From an uncultured Clostridia bacterium (GTDB lineage: Bacteria > Bacillota > Clostridia > TANB77 > CAG-508), in contig CAKOXK010000003.1 of assembly GCA_934130085.1 (NCBI GenBank), forward strand, positions 3,070 through 67,069: 64,000 nt of DNA. Direction: 5' to 3'. Below, one piece after another: positions 1-9,441 of this stretch. Numbering within the stretch: the stretch's first letter is position 1; every line of letters begins with the position of its first letter. Below the pieces are notes generated by a model, which worked only from the letters and a program-made list of their open reading frames with translations, searched no databases and was not told the origin of the DNA. Position numbers and translations under genes: made by a program.

Positions 1-401
1 TGTGAAATCTCATGTCGAATTGCATTTTTTACAAATTCGTTATATGGAATACACATATGTTTGTCAACAGTTCCTGCTTTTATATCCATCACTGGATCAG
101 CAATAACTTTATCTCCTTTCTCATTAAAGTACAACACACTGCAATGATTTCCACCATCTTCTTCAGGCGTTATTGTAAAATAACATTCAATTCCTGCTTC
201 GTGTAATAAAGAAACAAGATACATGCTATAATGCAAACAACAGCCCACATGATTGGCTTCAACATACATTCTCTCAGTTTCTGGCATTTCGTTTGCCTTG
301 ATGCCTGAGTATATGATGCTCATTGTATGTTCTCCAGCCTTGAATAAATCGTACTTGTTACCAGTTGTCACTATCTCGTACTGCTTTCTAATATCTTTCA
401 T
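1..401 (-). CDS. hypothetical protein; its 3' end runs off the window edge
   Basis: Minus-strand open frame with ATG at 401..399 and GGAGG (rc of 411-415) 9 nt upstream. It translates as MKDIRKQYEIVTTGNKYDLFKAGEHTMSIIYSGIKANEMPETERMYVEANHVGCCLHYSMYL... It is absent from the ORF track because there is no stop inside the window. No family recognised. Confidence 0.5.
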   Translation of the reverse strand, partial: MKDIRKQYEIVTTGNKYDLFKAGEHTMSIIYSGIKANEMPETERMYVEANHVGCCLHYSMYLVSLLHEAGIECYFTITPEEDGGNHCSVLYFNEKGDKVIADPVMDIKAGTVDKHMCIPYNEFVKNAIRHEIS

Positions 402-743
402 AAGATATATCCTCCGTTAATTTGTATTTGATGTTATGTTACTGCTAACTGAATAAAGCTTTCTTCTCCTTTCTAATTGTTAGCACTTATTTGTCCAAAA
501 ATATTTGGATTTTGTTTTTCAAAAGAAAAGCCTTCTAATCTTTCCTGTGTAACTTTGCTTCCCTCCTTTATTTTTTCTTCAAAGTATTTTATTGCTTCTT
601 CAGAAACAATGCTAGGTTACAATATTACACTTGCCTTTCTCCAAGTGCTTATTCTAAGTTTACGTTAACATTTATATTTTATCATAAAATATGGGAAAAG
701 TCAATTTTTATGTAAAGTAGATGCTTAATTATAATTATTCGTC

Positions 744-798
744 AAGTAAAAAGTTAAATGCAATTCTGTAAAGTAAATGCAACTTGTAAGAAAAAAAG
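744..798. promoter_or_regulatory. Conserved 56-nt intergenic motif, copy 1, containing two TAAATGCAA direct repeats
   Basis: AAGTAAAAAGTTAAATGCAATTCTGTAAAGTAAATGCAACTTGTAAGAAAAAAAG is nearly identical to the reverse complement of 57546-57601. Confidence 0.5.
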
Positions 799-1089
799 CA
801 AGTTTTAAGCAATATATTTGCTTAAAAACCTGTCAATAGTTTTTGATTAGTTCACCCTAAAAATAATATTTTGGTCAATTGAAAAAGATATATTAAGATT
901 TATTAATGATAGAGGTGAAGCCGGTACATCAGACTTAATGAATTACACTGGTAGATCTAAAAATACTTTTATTTGAATGTAAAATACAATTTACAATAGA
1001 CATAATATCAATCTCTTTAAGTTGTAAAATGTAATAAAATATGATAATATACTTGCTGATAATTAGTAATTTGTTTAAATGGAGAATTT

Positions 1090-1743
1090 ATGAAAAAGAA
1101 AATATTAATGATCGTGGCAATTTTTTTAATAGTATTAATAATTGTTGTTTTATATGCGTTATATCGTTTTAATTATATTCTACATAAAAAATATACTAAT
1201 GAAGATTTTAATATTAAGACTTATATAAGTAAAACTGATAAAGATAATGATGGTATAGATGATCAAACTGATATATTAAATAATGTAAGGAATTATATAA
1301 AAACAAATCCTAAATATAAAAGTAAATATTATGCTACAGGTTATCCAAATGATGAATATGGTGTATGTACCGATGTTGTTGCATTTGGATTAAAAGGCGC
1401 AGGTTATGATTTAATGAATTTAGTAAATGAACATATAAAATCAAATAGAAATTTATATGATATTGATGTTATAGATAAAAATATTGATTTTAGAAGAGTA
1501 CAAAATTTAAAAGTATATTTAGACAATAATGCAATTGTTTTAACAAATGATATTAATAAAATAAAAGAATGGCAAGGTGGAGATATTGTTGTATTTAAAA
1601 ATCATATTGGTATAGTATCTGATAAGAGGAATAAAAAAGGTATTTCTTTTATAATTCATCATGCTAATCCTTATCAAAGATATTATGAAGAAGATATTTT
1701 AGAATATCGTAATGATATTATCGGTCATTATAGAATTATTTAA
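1090..1743 (+). CDS. DUF1287-family protein with an N-terminal membrane anchor
   Basis: N-terminal hydrophobic helix. Motifs GYPNDEYGVCTDVV, NIDFRRVQNL, GDIVVF and HIGIVSD match my recollection of DUF1287. GGAG SD lies before the ATG. Confidence 0.7.
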   Translation: MKKKILMIVAIFLIVLIIVVLYALYRFNYILHKKYTNEDFNIKTYISKTDKDNDGIDDQTDILNNVRNYIKTNPKYKSKYYATGYPNDEYGVCTDVVAFGLKGAGYDLMNLVNEHIKSNRNLYDIDVIDKNIDFRRVQNLKVYLDNNAIVLTNDINKIKEWQGGDIVVFKNHIGIVSDKRNKKGISFIIHHANPYQRYYEEDILEYRNDIIGHYRII

Positions 1744-1864
1744 TTAAATCAATTTTAACACCTCCAGGTAGTCTTTTTTGTGTATATTTTTTTGCTACCA
1801 TTTTTGTTAAACTTTTATAGTACTAATATTAGATAATAGAATTTTTCTTGTATAAAATTTCTAA

Positions 1865-1981
1865 AAATGTGAAACAATATTTGTAAATATTTCAAAAAGA
1901 GTTTCACATTTCTTAAATTTTATGTTATAATATAAATGTGAAACAAAAATCATAATTATATATTAAAAAAGTTTCACATTT
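1865..1981. promoter_or_regulatory. Promoter/operator region with four copies of an 11-nt motif arranged as two inverted pairs around an extended -10
   Basis: AAATGTGAAAC at 1865-1875 and 1934-1944. Its complement GTTTCACATTT at 1901-1911 and 1971-1981. TGTTATAAT extended -10 at 1923-1931 lies between the pairs, directly upstream of the Fic-like gene. Confidence 0.55.
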
Positions 1982-1997
1982 ATAAAGGAGTGATCTT

Positions 1998-2930
1998 ATG
2001 GAAGAAAAGTATGAAATTATGAATCTTCTTCAAAACAAACAAACATTAACTAAAGAATTGAATAATTTGATATATGGCTCTGTTGAAATTAGAGAAAAAG
2101 ATTCTAATAAATATATATATGTACATTACAGAGAAGATGGAATATTACTTACAAAATATGTTGGAGAATATTCTGATAATTTATATAATTTAATATTGAA
2201 TAATAGTATTAAAGCAAAAGAATTGAAAAAAGAAATTAAGAAAATTGAAAAAAAATTAAAACAATTTAATTATATTGATGAGGAACTTAGTCCACAAGTA
2301 GAAATAAATATAGATTTTGCTAAAAGACATTTAGTAGATACTATTTATAAACAAGCGATTTTAGAAGGTGTTGCAACAACTTTTGCAGATACAGAAAGTA
2401 TTATAGAGGGTGGAAAAATTAATAATATGTCTTCAGAAGATGTTTTGAAAATTGTTAATTTGAAACATGCTTGGGAATTTATATTAAATAAAAATGTAAT
2501 ATTGTCAGACACAAATTTTCCATTATTATGCGAAATAAATAAATTGGTTCAAGAAGGATTTTACTATAGTGCAGGAAAAATTAGAACTGTTCCAGTAAGT
2601 ATTGGTGGAACAAAATGGACTCCTGAATTGCCAATAGAAAGTATAATAAAAGAAGAATTAGATGATATATTTAATAAAAAAATAAGTGATATAGATAAAG
2701 CTATTGAAATTTTATTATATATTATGAAAAAACAAATATTTATAGATGGAAATAAAAGAACATCTATAATATTTGCAAATCATTATTTAATATCAAAGGG
2801 AAAAGGAATTATTGTAATTCCAGCAGAATTAACAGATGAATATAAAGATTTATTAATTAGTTATTATGAGGGAAAAGATAAAACAAAAATTAAAAAGTTT
2901 TTAAAAGAAAAATGTTTTATGAAAATATAG
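1998..2930 (+). CDS. Fic/DOC-fold protein with a degenerate active-site motif
   Basis: C-terminal segment KKQIFIDGNKRTSIIFANHYL aligns to the Fic motif HxFx(D/E)GNGRxxR, but with Q in place of the catalytic H and K in place of the second G. SD AAGGAG precedes the ATG. Confidence 0.55.
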   Translation: MEEKYEIMNLLQNKQTLTKELNNLIYGSVEIREKDSNKYIYVHYREDGILLTKYVGEYSDNLYNLILNNSIKAKELKKEIKKIEKKLKQFNYIDEELSPQVEINIDFAKRHLVDTIYKQAILEGVATTFADTESIIEGGKINNMSSEDVLKIVNLKHAWEFILNKNVILSDTNFPLLCEINKLVQEGFYYSAGKIRTVPVSIGGTKWTPELPIESIIKEELDDIFNKKISDIDKAIEILLYIMKKQIFIDGNKRTSIIFANHYLISKGKGIIVIPAELTDEYKDLLISYYEGKDKTKIKKFLKEKCFMKI

Positions 2931-3091
2931 GAATTCATATATGCAGTCAAAGTACAGTCACAAAGTTTCAATATATTGATATTACTTCACTTTGAAAAGA
3001 TATAAGAGTAGTCACCTCGACAATATTTTATTAAAAAGCAGGCATTTTTTAATGTCCGCTTTTTGTTACACAATCTTAATACCAGTATGAA

Positions 3092-3481
3092 CTAATATAT
3101 ATTTTCTTTTAAGTATTTTCTAATGTTCTCTATATCTTTTTGATCTTTTGGAGCGTTTCTTTTTTCTTTAAATGCTAAAATTGTCCTCAAATCTTCTACG
3201 GGATATCCATCTTGATATTTCATTTTAAATTTCGTTTTGTCATTTGGAATTATTTCAATATCTTTTGAAATGTGATAAAATCCGCACTCGTTTTTATCAT
3301 TATCAGTTAGATTATATTTTATTTTTAATTCATTAAACAACTGATACGAAACACATAAATCTAGGTCTCCTGCCAATTCTCTTAATCCATATAATAGCAA
3401 TGATCCACTTGATAAAATATAATATTCTGTTTTCGGTAGTTCTAAAGAGTTTAATAAATTCAATAATTCTTCTTTATTCAT
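3092..3481 (-). CDS. small Pol-beta-like nucleotidyltransferase-fold protein (tentative)
   Basis: SSGSLLLYGLRELAGDLDL fits the minimal NTase pattern G[GS]-x(9-13)-DxD. No further assignment possible. Confidence 0.4.
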   Translation of the reverse strand: MNKEELLNLLNSLELPKTEYYILSSGSLLLYGLRELAGDLDLCVSYQLFNELKIKYNLTDNDKNECGFYHISKDIEIIPNDKTKFKMKYQDGYPVEDLRTILAFKEKRNAPKDQKDIENIRKYLKENIY

Positions 3482-3712
3482 ACAACTTTCCTTCTTTTTT
3501 ATTCATTTATAATTTAATAATTAATACCATATTTTCAAGTATATCACAAAATTACATTCATTTTTAAGTGTTTTTTCACAAAATTGCATTGTCTTTTGCC
3601 CTCTTTTTCACAAAATTTCATCAGTTATATTGCTTTATTCCAAATATTTATAATTTTTTTGTTAAATTTATGTTTAGTATAATCTATTTTAGTTTTGTCT
3701 TTTAAAATGCAA

Positions 3713-3742
3713 CATCACAGTTCCCAATCGGAAACTGTGATG
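3713..3742 (-). terminator. hairpin terminator downstream of 3763..4749
   Basis: CATCACAGTT / AACTGTGATG 10-bp stem with a 9-nt loop, about 20 nt after the stop. The T-tract on the minus strand is weak. Confidence 0.45.
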
Positions 3743-3762
3743 CAAAATTCATACATTATTTT

Positions 3763-4749
3763 TTAATAAAGTGTATTTATTTCAATCATATTGTTAACAA
3801 TCCTATTCTTTATTTCCTTGATGCTCTTTTTCAAGTACTTAATCATTACTTCAATTTGATCGTCAGTTACAGGTTTTGCCTCCTCTTTTTTGTCATTAGA
3901 CCACGTCAGCCCCGTTTTTAAGCTGATATTTAAGTTGATATCTTTAGAACTATGTCTATAGCTTTTGCTATTTTCTTTGTAATAAAGATAAACCACTTCG
4001 TCAGTTTTATTGCCATTATTATCCTTTCCATCTTCATAATAATGCAATATTTCAATATAGCACTTTGTTTTATTTCTTGGAATCTTCATAGATGTCTTGT
4101 ACCACCAACTATTTCCCCTTTTTTCTAGCGACAAAATCGCCGAATCATTAGTCAGCTGCAAATATGTATAATGTTCTTTTTCCCAATCTACTGGCTCACT
4201 TGCCAGGTGCCTCCGAATACGATTAGGGTCATCTACCAGGTTAATGTCTATAACATCCACATACTGGTTAGGTTCTTTGAATTTAAATTTCGGATTACCA
4301 AATGGATTTACAATATTGCTATATTCAGTAAGCAATTCATAAAGTATTTCCATTTTTGTTAAATGAATGTTATGAAAAATAAAACCAACATTACTCTTAA
4401 GAGCTTCACATTCAGTGAGTTCTTTGTAGGTTTTATTTGTCAGTTTCTCAACCATCCTTTTGTTATAATTTTCGTCAAGCATTGATACTAACGTCATCAA
4501 CCCTTTTACTGAGTGTATTTCCCCATGCAGAAAATGATCTTTTTCAGGGCTTCTCTCTCCAAGTTCTGCAATCGCACGGTTCATGATTTCTTCAGGTACT
4601 CTTTTTTCTCTCAGAAGAACATAATCATTATCAACATAAACAAAGTAAGTTCCCTTAATTTCAAAGCATGTGTCAAAAAATCGATCATATAAACTTTTTA
4701 CTCCATATGCCTCCATTGCTACCATAAATTCCCGATATCCAATTTTCAT
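3763..4749 (-). CDS. hypothetical protein
   Basis: Long ORF with GGAGG SD (rc of cctcc at 4758-4762). No motif recognised. Confidence 0.55.
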   Translation of the reverse strand: MKIGYREFMVAMEAYGVKSLYDRFFDTCFEIKGTYFVYVDNDYVLLREKRVPEEIMNRAIAELGERSPEKDHFLHGEIHSVKGLMTLVSMLDENYNKRMVEKLTNKTYKELTECEALKSNVGFIFHNIHLTKMEILYELLTEYSNIVNPFGNPKFKFKEPNQYVDVIDINLVDDPNRIRRHLASEPVDWEKEHYTYLQLTNDSAILSLEKRGNSWWYKTSMKIPRNKTKCYIEILHYYEDGKDNNGNKTDEVVYLYYKENSKSYRHSSKDINLNISLKTGLTWSNDKKEEAKPVTDDQIEVMIKYLKKSIKEIKNRIVNNMIEINTLY

Positions 4750-4951
4750 ATAAAGTCCTCCTTGTATGATGTAATTAATTGTATGAATTTTTCATGTACT
4801 TCATGAATACCTTAATTATACATTGTTTTACATAAAATTTCAAGTATTCTAGTAGTAGAAAACTCCTGCTATATCTACAACTAGAGAACTATGCCCAAAC
4901 CATTACTACAAGATTCACCTTAATTTGTATGTTATTTCATTTTATATTGAT

Positions 4952-5647
4952 TTATTTATTAAAAAATTGGCTTAAAATTTCTGCACATCTTTTTGATGCT
5001 GTTTCTAAATACTGTTCAAATGTTATGTTGTTGTTTCCATTTGGTGAGTCTGATATGCTTCTTATTACTAAGACTGGCACGTTATCTAGCTTGCACACCT
5101 GTGCTATTGCAGCTCCTTCCATTTCTATTGCATCTGCATTGAATTTATCTCTTATTTTCTCTTTCATTTTTGGTTCTGTGCAAAAGATATCTCCTGATGC
5201 AATTGTTCCAATTTTTATTTTGAATTCTTTGTTTTGTAAGTTTTCTATAGTTTGTTCCATGCTCTTTATTAAATTTTCGTCACTTTTTATTTTTTCCCCC
5301 ACATTACTTATGTACCCCTTTGGATGGCCAAAGGCTGTTATGTCAAAATCATGCTGTACTAGTGTTTTTCCAATTACTATGTCTCCTATTTGTAGCTCTT
5401 GGTTTGCACTTCCTGCTGATCCTACGTTTATTACTGCATCTATTTCATAGTTATCAATTAATACTTGAGTTGTTCTTGCAGCGTTTACTTTTCCAACTCC
5501 CGATTCAACTAAAACAATGTTTTTATTGTTTATTGTTCCTTCATAAAATTTTAGCTCATAAATATTTTTTTCTTGTACATTGTTCATTATTTTTTTGATT
5601 TCATTCATTTCTTCTTGCATTGCTGCAATTATTCCAATTGTATTCAT
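4952..5647 (-). CDS. mtnN: 5'-methylthioadenosine/S-adenosylhomocysteine nucleosidase
   Basis: MNTIGIIAAMQEE N-terminus, GVGKVNAA, VINVGSAGS and EMEGAAIAQVC are typical of Pfs/MtnN. Confidence 0.9.
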   Translation of the reverse strand: MNTIGIIAAMQEEMNEIKKIMNNVQEKNIYELKFYEGTINNKNIVLVESGVGKVNAARTTQVLIDNYEIDAVINVGSAGSANQELQIGDIVIGKTLVQHDFDITAFGHPKGYISNVGEKIKSDENLIKSMEQTIENLQNKEFKIKIGTIASGDIFCTEPKMKEKIRDKFNADAIEMEGAAIAQVCKLDNVPVLVIRSISDSPNGNNNITFEQYLETASKRCAEILSQFFNK

Positions 5648-6063
5648 TTTTTCCTCTATTCTAATCTTTTTACAGATTGCCTAAAATACATAATTCTTTG
5701 TACTCATAACGCAATAATATTGTTTTGTGATATATAAATTATAAGTTATTAGTAAATGAAATATGTAGGAACAAATATTAAATATATTATTTATATATTA
5801 TATATTTAATATTATGTATTTAATATTATATATTAGTTATATATTATATTTCATTTTATATATTATATATTATTTATTGTATGTTATTTATGTAAATAAT
5901 TATTTTTATCATGTTTTTAACATTTTACCGCACGTTCCCTATATTATTCAATATTTTTCTTGCTTTTTTCTTATTATTGTTGTAATATGTTTTATATTGT
6001 TTATAGGTTTTCTAAACCTAAATTTTAAGGAGTTTATGATATTTTTTATCATATAAATTTATT

Positions 6064-6357
6064 ATGACTAGTAAACAACGTGCTTATTTAAGAGGCTTGG
6101 CACACCATATTGATCCTATTTTTCAAATTGGGAAAGGTGGAATTTCTGATAATTTGATTAATCAACTTTCTGATGCTTTAGAGGCTAGAGAGCTTATTAA
6201 AATTTCTGTTCTTGATAATGCTCCTGATGTTGCAAAATCATTTGGCTCTTGCGTTGCTGAAGCTACTCATTCTGAATTAGTTCAAGTTATTGGAAATAAG
6301 ATTACTCTTTATAGACCACGCAAAAAAGATTCAAAAATTGTTTTACCTAATGTTTAG
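6064..6357 (+). CDS. yhbY: YhbY-like CRM-domain RNA-binding protein (ribosome assembly)
   Basis: 97 aa. LTSKQRAYLRGLAHHIDPIFQIGKGGI and ELIKISVL match the YhbY family pattern. Confidence 0.85.
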   Translation: MTSKQRAYLRGLAHHIDPIFQIGKGGISDNLINQLSDALEARELIKISVLDNAPDVAKSFGSCVAEATHSELVQVIGNKITLYRPRKKDSKIVLPNV

Positions 6358-6401
6358 TCAAAATTTTCATTAGGTAAAACATAAGTAAATAGGAGCTTTT
6401 C

Positions 6402-7424
6402 ATGAATTATTTATCTAGAAAATCAAATATCGAATTATTGCGTTTGTTTTGCATTTTTGGCATTCTTGTAATGCATATCCTTGGCAGATCTATGAGCAAT
6501 TTATCTTTTGCAAATAGAGAGATTGATTTATTGTTTAATAGTTTTTTTAATTGCGGAGTTACAATCTTTGTATTGATTTCTGGCTATTTTGGTATACATT
6601 TTAGTTGGAAAAAGATATTTAAGTTGCATACTATGGTTCTTGTTTATTCCATTATTTATACATTAGTTTCCATTCTTCCTACAGGTTTGGCTATTCAAGA
6701 TGTTTTTATTACCGTCTTTCCTATTTTATCTAATAGGTTTTGGTTTATGACATCTTACTTTATTTTGAGCTTTTTATCCCCATATATAAATAAGTTTATT
6801 AATATGGTTAACAAAAAGGAATGCTTATCTTTAACACTTACTTTACTGTTTTTCTTTTCAATTATACCTACTGTAACTAATCTTGATTTTACATTTGATA
6901 ATGGCAAAGGAATTGTTAATATGATTTTAATTTACATTATTGGCAGATGTATTAAACTAGGCTATATCCACCTTTCTAAAAAGCAGAGTGTTATTTTGGG
7001 ACTTGCCTCAATTTTAATTACCTTTGTTTTAATGAGTTTTATATCATATTTTCAAGATAGGGTTGTTCTAGGTTACTTTTTTAATGATTACAGTATTTTG
7101 GTTATTGTTTCTTCTGTTTGTATTTTTAATATTTTCAGAAGTTTCGATATTACAAGTCCCTTCATTAATAAACTTTCTAAGCATGTTCTTGCTGTATATA
7201 TTCTTGAATGGCCTGTCATGGATTTACTTAATAAATTTATTAATTTGAATGATTTTGGGCAGAGCCCTTGTTTCTTCTTGGCATTCTTTGCTTATGCTTT
7301 CTTGGTTTTTGCAGGTTGCATTTTGGTAGACAAGGTAAGAGTTTTGCTATTCGATAAGTTAGAAGATAAGGTTATTGATAAAATAATTGCAGCCTTGAAG
7401 CTTCAAAATAACGCAAAAATATAA
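6402..7424 (+). CDS. acyltransferase family 3 integral membrane protein
   Basis: 340 aa and multi-span hydrophobic. N-terminal NIELLRLFCIFGILVMH is typical of acyltransferase_3 proteins. Confidence 0.7.
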   Translation: MNYLSRKSNIELLRLFCIFGILVMHILGRSMSNLSFANREIDLLFNSFFNCGVTIFVLISGYFGIHFSWKKIFKLHTMVLVYSIIYTLVSILPTGLAIQDVFITVFPILSNRFWFMTSYFILSFLSPYINKFINMVNKKECLSLTLTLLFFFSIIPTVTNLDFTFDNGKGIVNMILIYIIGRCIKLGYIHLSKKQSVILGLASILITFVLMSFISYFQDRVVLGYFFNDYSILVIVSSVCIFNIFRSFDITSPFINKLSKHVLAVYILEWPVMDLLNKFINLNDFGQSPCFFLAFFAYAFLVFAGCILVDKVRVLLFDKLEDKVIDKIIAALKLQNNAKI

Positions 7425-7502
7425 GTTATACTTTGTTCAAAATAGTGCAAAAATAAGTTATACTTTATTCAAAATAGCGCAAAAATATGAATTAAGTTTA
7501 TT
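7404..7502. repeat. tandem repeat of about 33 bp x3, beginning in the last codons of the acyltransferase gene
   Basis: CAAAATAACGCAAAAATATAAGTTATACTTTGTT / CAAAATAGTGCAAAAATAAGTTATACTTTATT / CAAAATAGCGCAAAAATATGAATTAAGTTTATT. Confidence 0.8.
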
Positions 7503-7518
7503 TAAATAATTTAAATAT

Positions 7519-7665
7519 AAAAAAGATTTAATATTATATTGTTCGAGAAAGCCGCGTTAGCGATCAAGCGCAGCGCGAATGTTTTTTTCTTCCGCAAGTA
7601 CATTTTGACTAACGAAGAAAAAAACGAACAAGGCTTCAAGAACAATATACTATTAAATCTTTTTT
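7519..7665 (+). repeat. palindromic intergenic element, copy A (about 145 bp, MITE-like or structured RNA)
   Basis: Outer arms AAGATTTAATATTATATTGTTC / GAACAATATACTATTAAATCTT. Inner hairpin GTTTTTTTCTTCG...CGAAGAAAAAAAC. Conserved core GCCGCGTTAGCGATCAAGCGCAGCGCGAATG. About 90 percent identical to the reverse complement of 57685-57825. Confidence 0.8.
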
Positions 7666-7747
7666 GTTGATTTTTATTGATTTTTTATTCATTTCTATTT
7701 ACTAGTTATAGCCCAATTTTTACTTTTTTATAACAGAGTATATCAAT

Positions 7748-8656
7748 TTAGCAATCAAGCTCATACCCTAATTTTTGTAATGTTTCTTTTGTTCTTAGTA
7801 TGTTTTTTGGTGTGCCCAAATAGTCTTCTTCTGCAACTTCTATTGTGATTTCACAGTCTGTATATTTCTGATAGGCTTTCATTATTTTATCTAATTTTTC
7901 TAAATCACCTTCATGATCTATGTAAAATGGTCTGCCATGGTCTTGTTTTAGACCGTTATCCCACATATTATTAAGATGGATTAATCCTAGTTTTTCTCCA
8001 TCCGTTGCCATTTTGAATGTTCTATCAAAATCTAGCAAATCTTCTTGTGACATTCTTCTCCATGCTTCATAAGACATCATTAAGTGACAGGTATCAAGCA
8101 AAGTATATACTCTATTTTTTTCCGTGATGGCTTCGTTTAGCTGTTTTACTGCAAATGTGACATCATCCATATCAAATACTGTTTTAAATCTTCCAAAGTC
8201 TGTTGCACAACTGTTTTCTATGGCTAGGTCTACGTTTTTGTATTTTTCAAGAGTATTTTTTATTTTTGGTCCAATTTTTTCTGGTATTATTCTGGTTTCT
8301 TCTAAGTCTAGCTTTGAATTGTTATTATGTACTACAACTTTTATTCTTCTATTTTCAAGTTCTGATATGTATTCAGCATATTTACATGTATCCTCAAACA
8401 TATTGTAAATTTCATCTGATACCAGATGATTTAGGGCTATATCTCCAGTTATTTTATTTCCTTTTATCAATGGTGTATGTACAACTGATATGTCAACATT
8501 TAATTCATCAATTGCTTTTTTTGTATCATTGTATTCACTTTCTGTTAAAAAACTGTGAATAAGTTGTATTTCGATATGTTTAAATCCGTTATTTACTTTT
8601 GGAAGAAATTCTTCAAATACGGGTATTGTTTTTGCATTAATTCTTATTTTTTCCAT
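7748..8656 (-). CDS. xylose-isomerase-like TIM-barrel protein (sugar phosphate isomerase/epimerase or AP-endonuclease-2 superfamily)
   Basis: Strand-end motifs VVHTP, LAIEN, LLDTCHL and IHLNN...DHG fit the AP_endonuc_2 / xylose isomerase-like barrel. Confidence 0.6.
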   Translation of the reverse strand: MEKIRINAKTIPVFEEFLPKVNNGFKHIEIQLIHSFLTESEYNDTKKAIDELNVDISVVHTPLIKGNKITGDIALNHLVSDEIYNMFEDTCKYAEYISELENRRIKVVVHNNNSKLDLEETRIIPEKIGPKIKNTLEKYKNVDLAIENSCATDFGRFKTVFDMDDVTFAVKQLNEAITEKNRVYTLLDTCHLMMSYEAWRRMSQEDLLDFDRTFKMATDGEKLGLIHLNNMWDNGLKQDHGRPFYIDHEGDLEKLDKIMKAYQKYTDCEITIEVAEEDYLGTPKNILRTKETLQKLGYELDC

Positions 8657-9027
8657 ATACTTTTCACTTTCTACACTTTTTTCGTTTTGTTTCGATTATA
8701 TTTATATTTTAAGCTATAACCTTAAAATTTATTTAATCATTATTGTAGTTTAAAATTATGTTTAAGTTTTTCTTTGTCAAAAGAGTTTGGCCTATTTTCA
8801 TATTTTTTCATTCTAATTTCTCGTGAAAAGAGCTATTAGTGCTTAACGTTAAATCAGGTTTATTGTTTCGCACAAATAGCTCATTTTCAATTCTAATATA
8901 CAGTTCTTTCTAATACATTTTCTATCAAACATATATTTTGGTAAATATATATTTCGCTATATTAGTTTTGGAACACTTCTTTAGTTAAAAGTGATTATCA
9001 ATTTTTAAAAGCTTAGCTAATGCTTAA

Positions 9028-9222
9028 CTATCTATTTGATAATTGTGATTCGGCTTGTTGAATCATCTTCTTAACCATGTTTCCACCAACTTTACCAGCA
9101 TCTTTTGCAGCTATATCTCCGTTGTATCCATCTTTTAATGATACTCCAACTTCGTTTGCTACTTCATATTTAAATTTGTTTAATGCTTCTGGTACATTTT
9201 TTGTACTTTTTGAGTTTGCCAT
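9028..9222 (-). CDS. alpha/beta-type small acid-soluble spore protein
   Basis: 64 aa. KFKYEVANEVGVSL...GYNGDIAAKDAGKVGGNMVKKMI matches the SASP alpha/beta signature. Confidence 0.9.
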   Translation of the reverse strand: MANSKSTKNVPEALNKFKYEVANEVGVSLKDGYNGDIAAKDAGKVGGNMVKKMIQQAESQLSNR

Positions 9223-9441
9223 TATAGTTCACCTCCATATATTATTGAAAAAGTCTTCAAACAAATTAAACAATATCTTTATAAAACTTAATTTGAATGT
9301 TCTATCTTTTTCACTATATATGATGTACAAATTCTTTTTATTTACTCTGGTAATTTTTTCATTTTTAATTTGCTTTTTACTTGTGCTTGATTGTTCCCTT
9401 ATTGCTATTTGCTATTTGCTGTTTGCGATTTACTATTTACT

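Noticed and set aside
422-640. Minus-strand frame reading SIVSEEAIKYFEEKIKEGSKVTQERLEGFSFEKQNPNIFGQISANN
   Set aside because: It looks coding, but a TAA lies immediately upstream and it has no ATG, GTG or TTG start. It is probably a gene remnant and is too uncertain to annotate.
880-975. Short winged-helix-like frame (IEKDILRFINDRGEAGTSDLMNYTGRSKNTFI)
   Set aside because: It is only about 32 codons long, with no clear start or SD. It is probably a fragment, and is mentioned only as context for the 56-nt motif.
5814-6056. 80-aa plus-strand ORF rich in Y/I/L
   Set aside because: It lies in the extremely AT-rich divergent promoter region between mtnN and yhbY. Its composition is that of translated TATATT repeats, and it has no SD.
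7560-7645. Small peptide (MYLRKKKTFALRLIANAAF...) encoded inside the palindromic element
   Set aside because: The ATG exists only in copy A. Copies B and C keep the nucleotide core but lack a start codon, and B changes the frame content. Conservation is therefore at the nucleotide or structure level.
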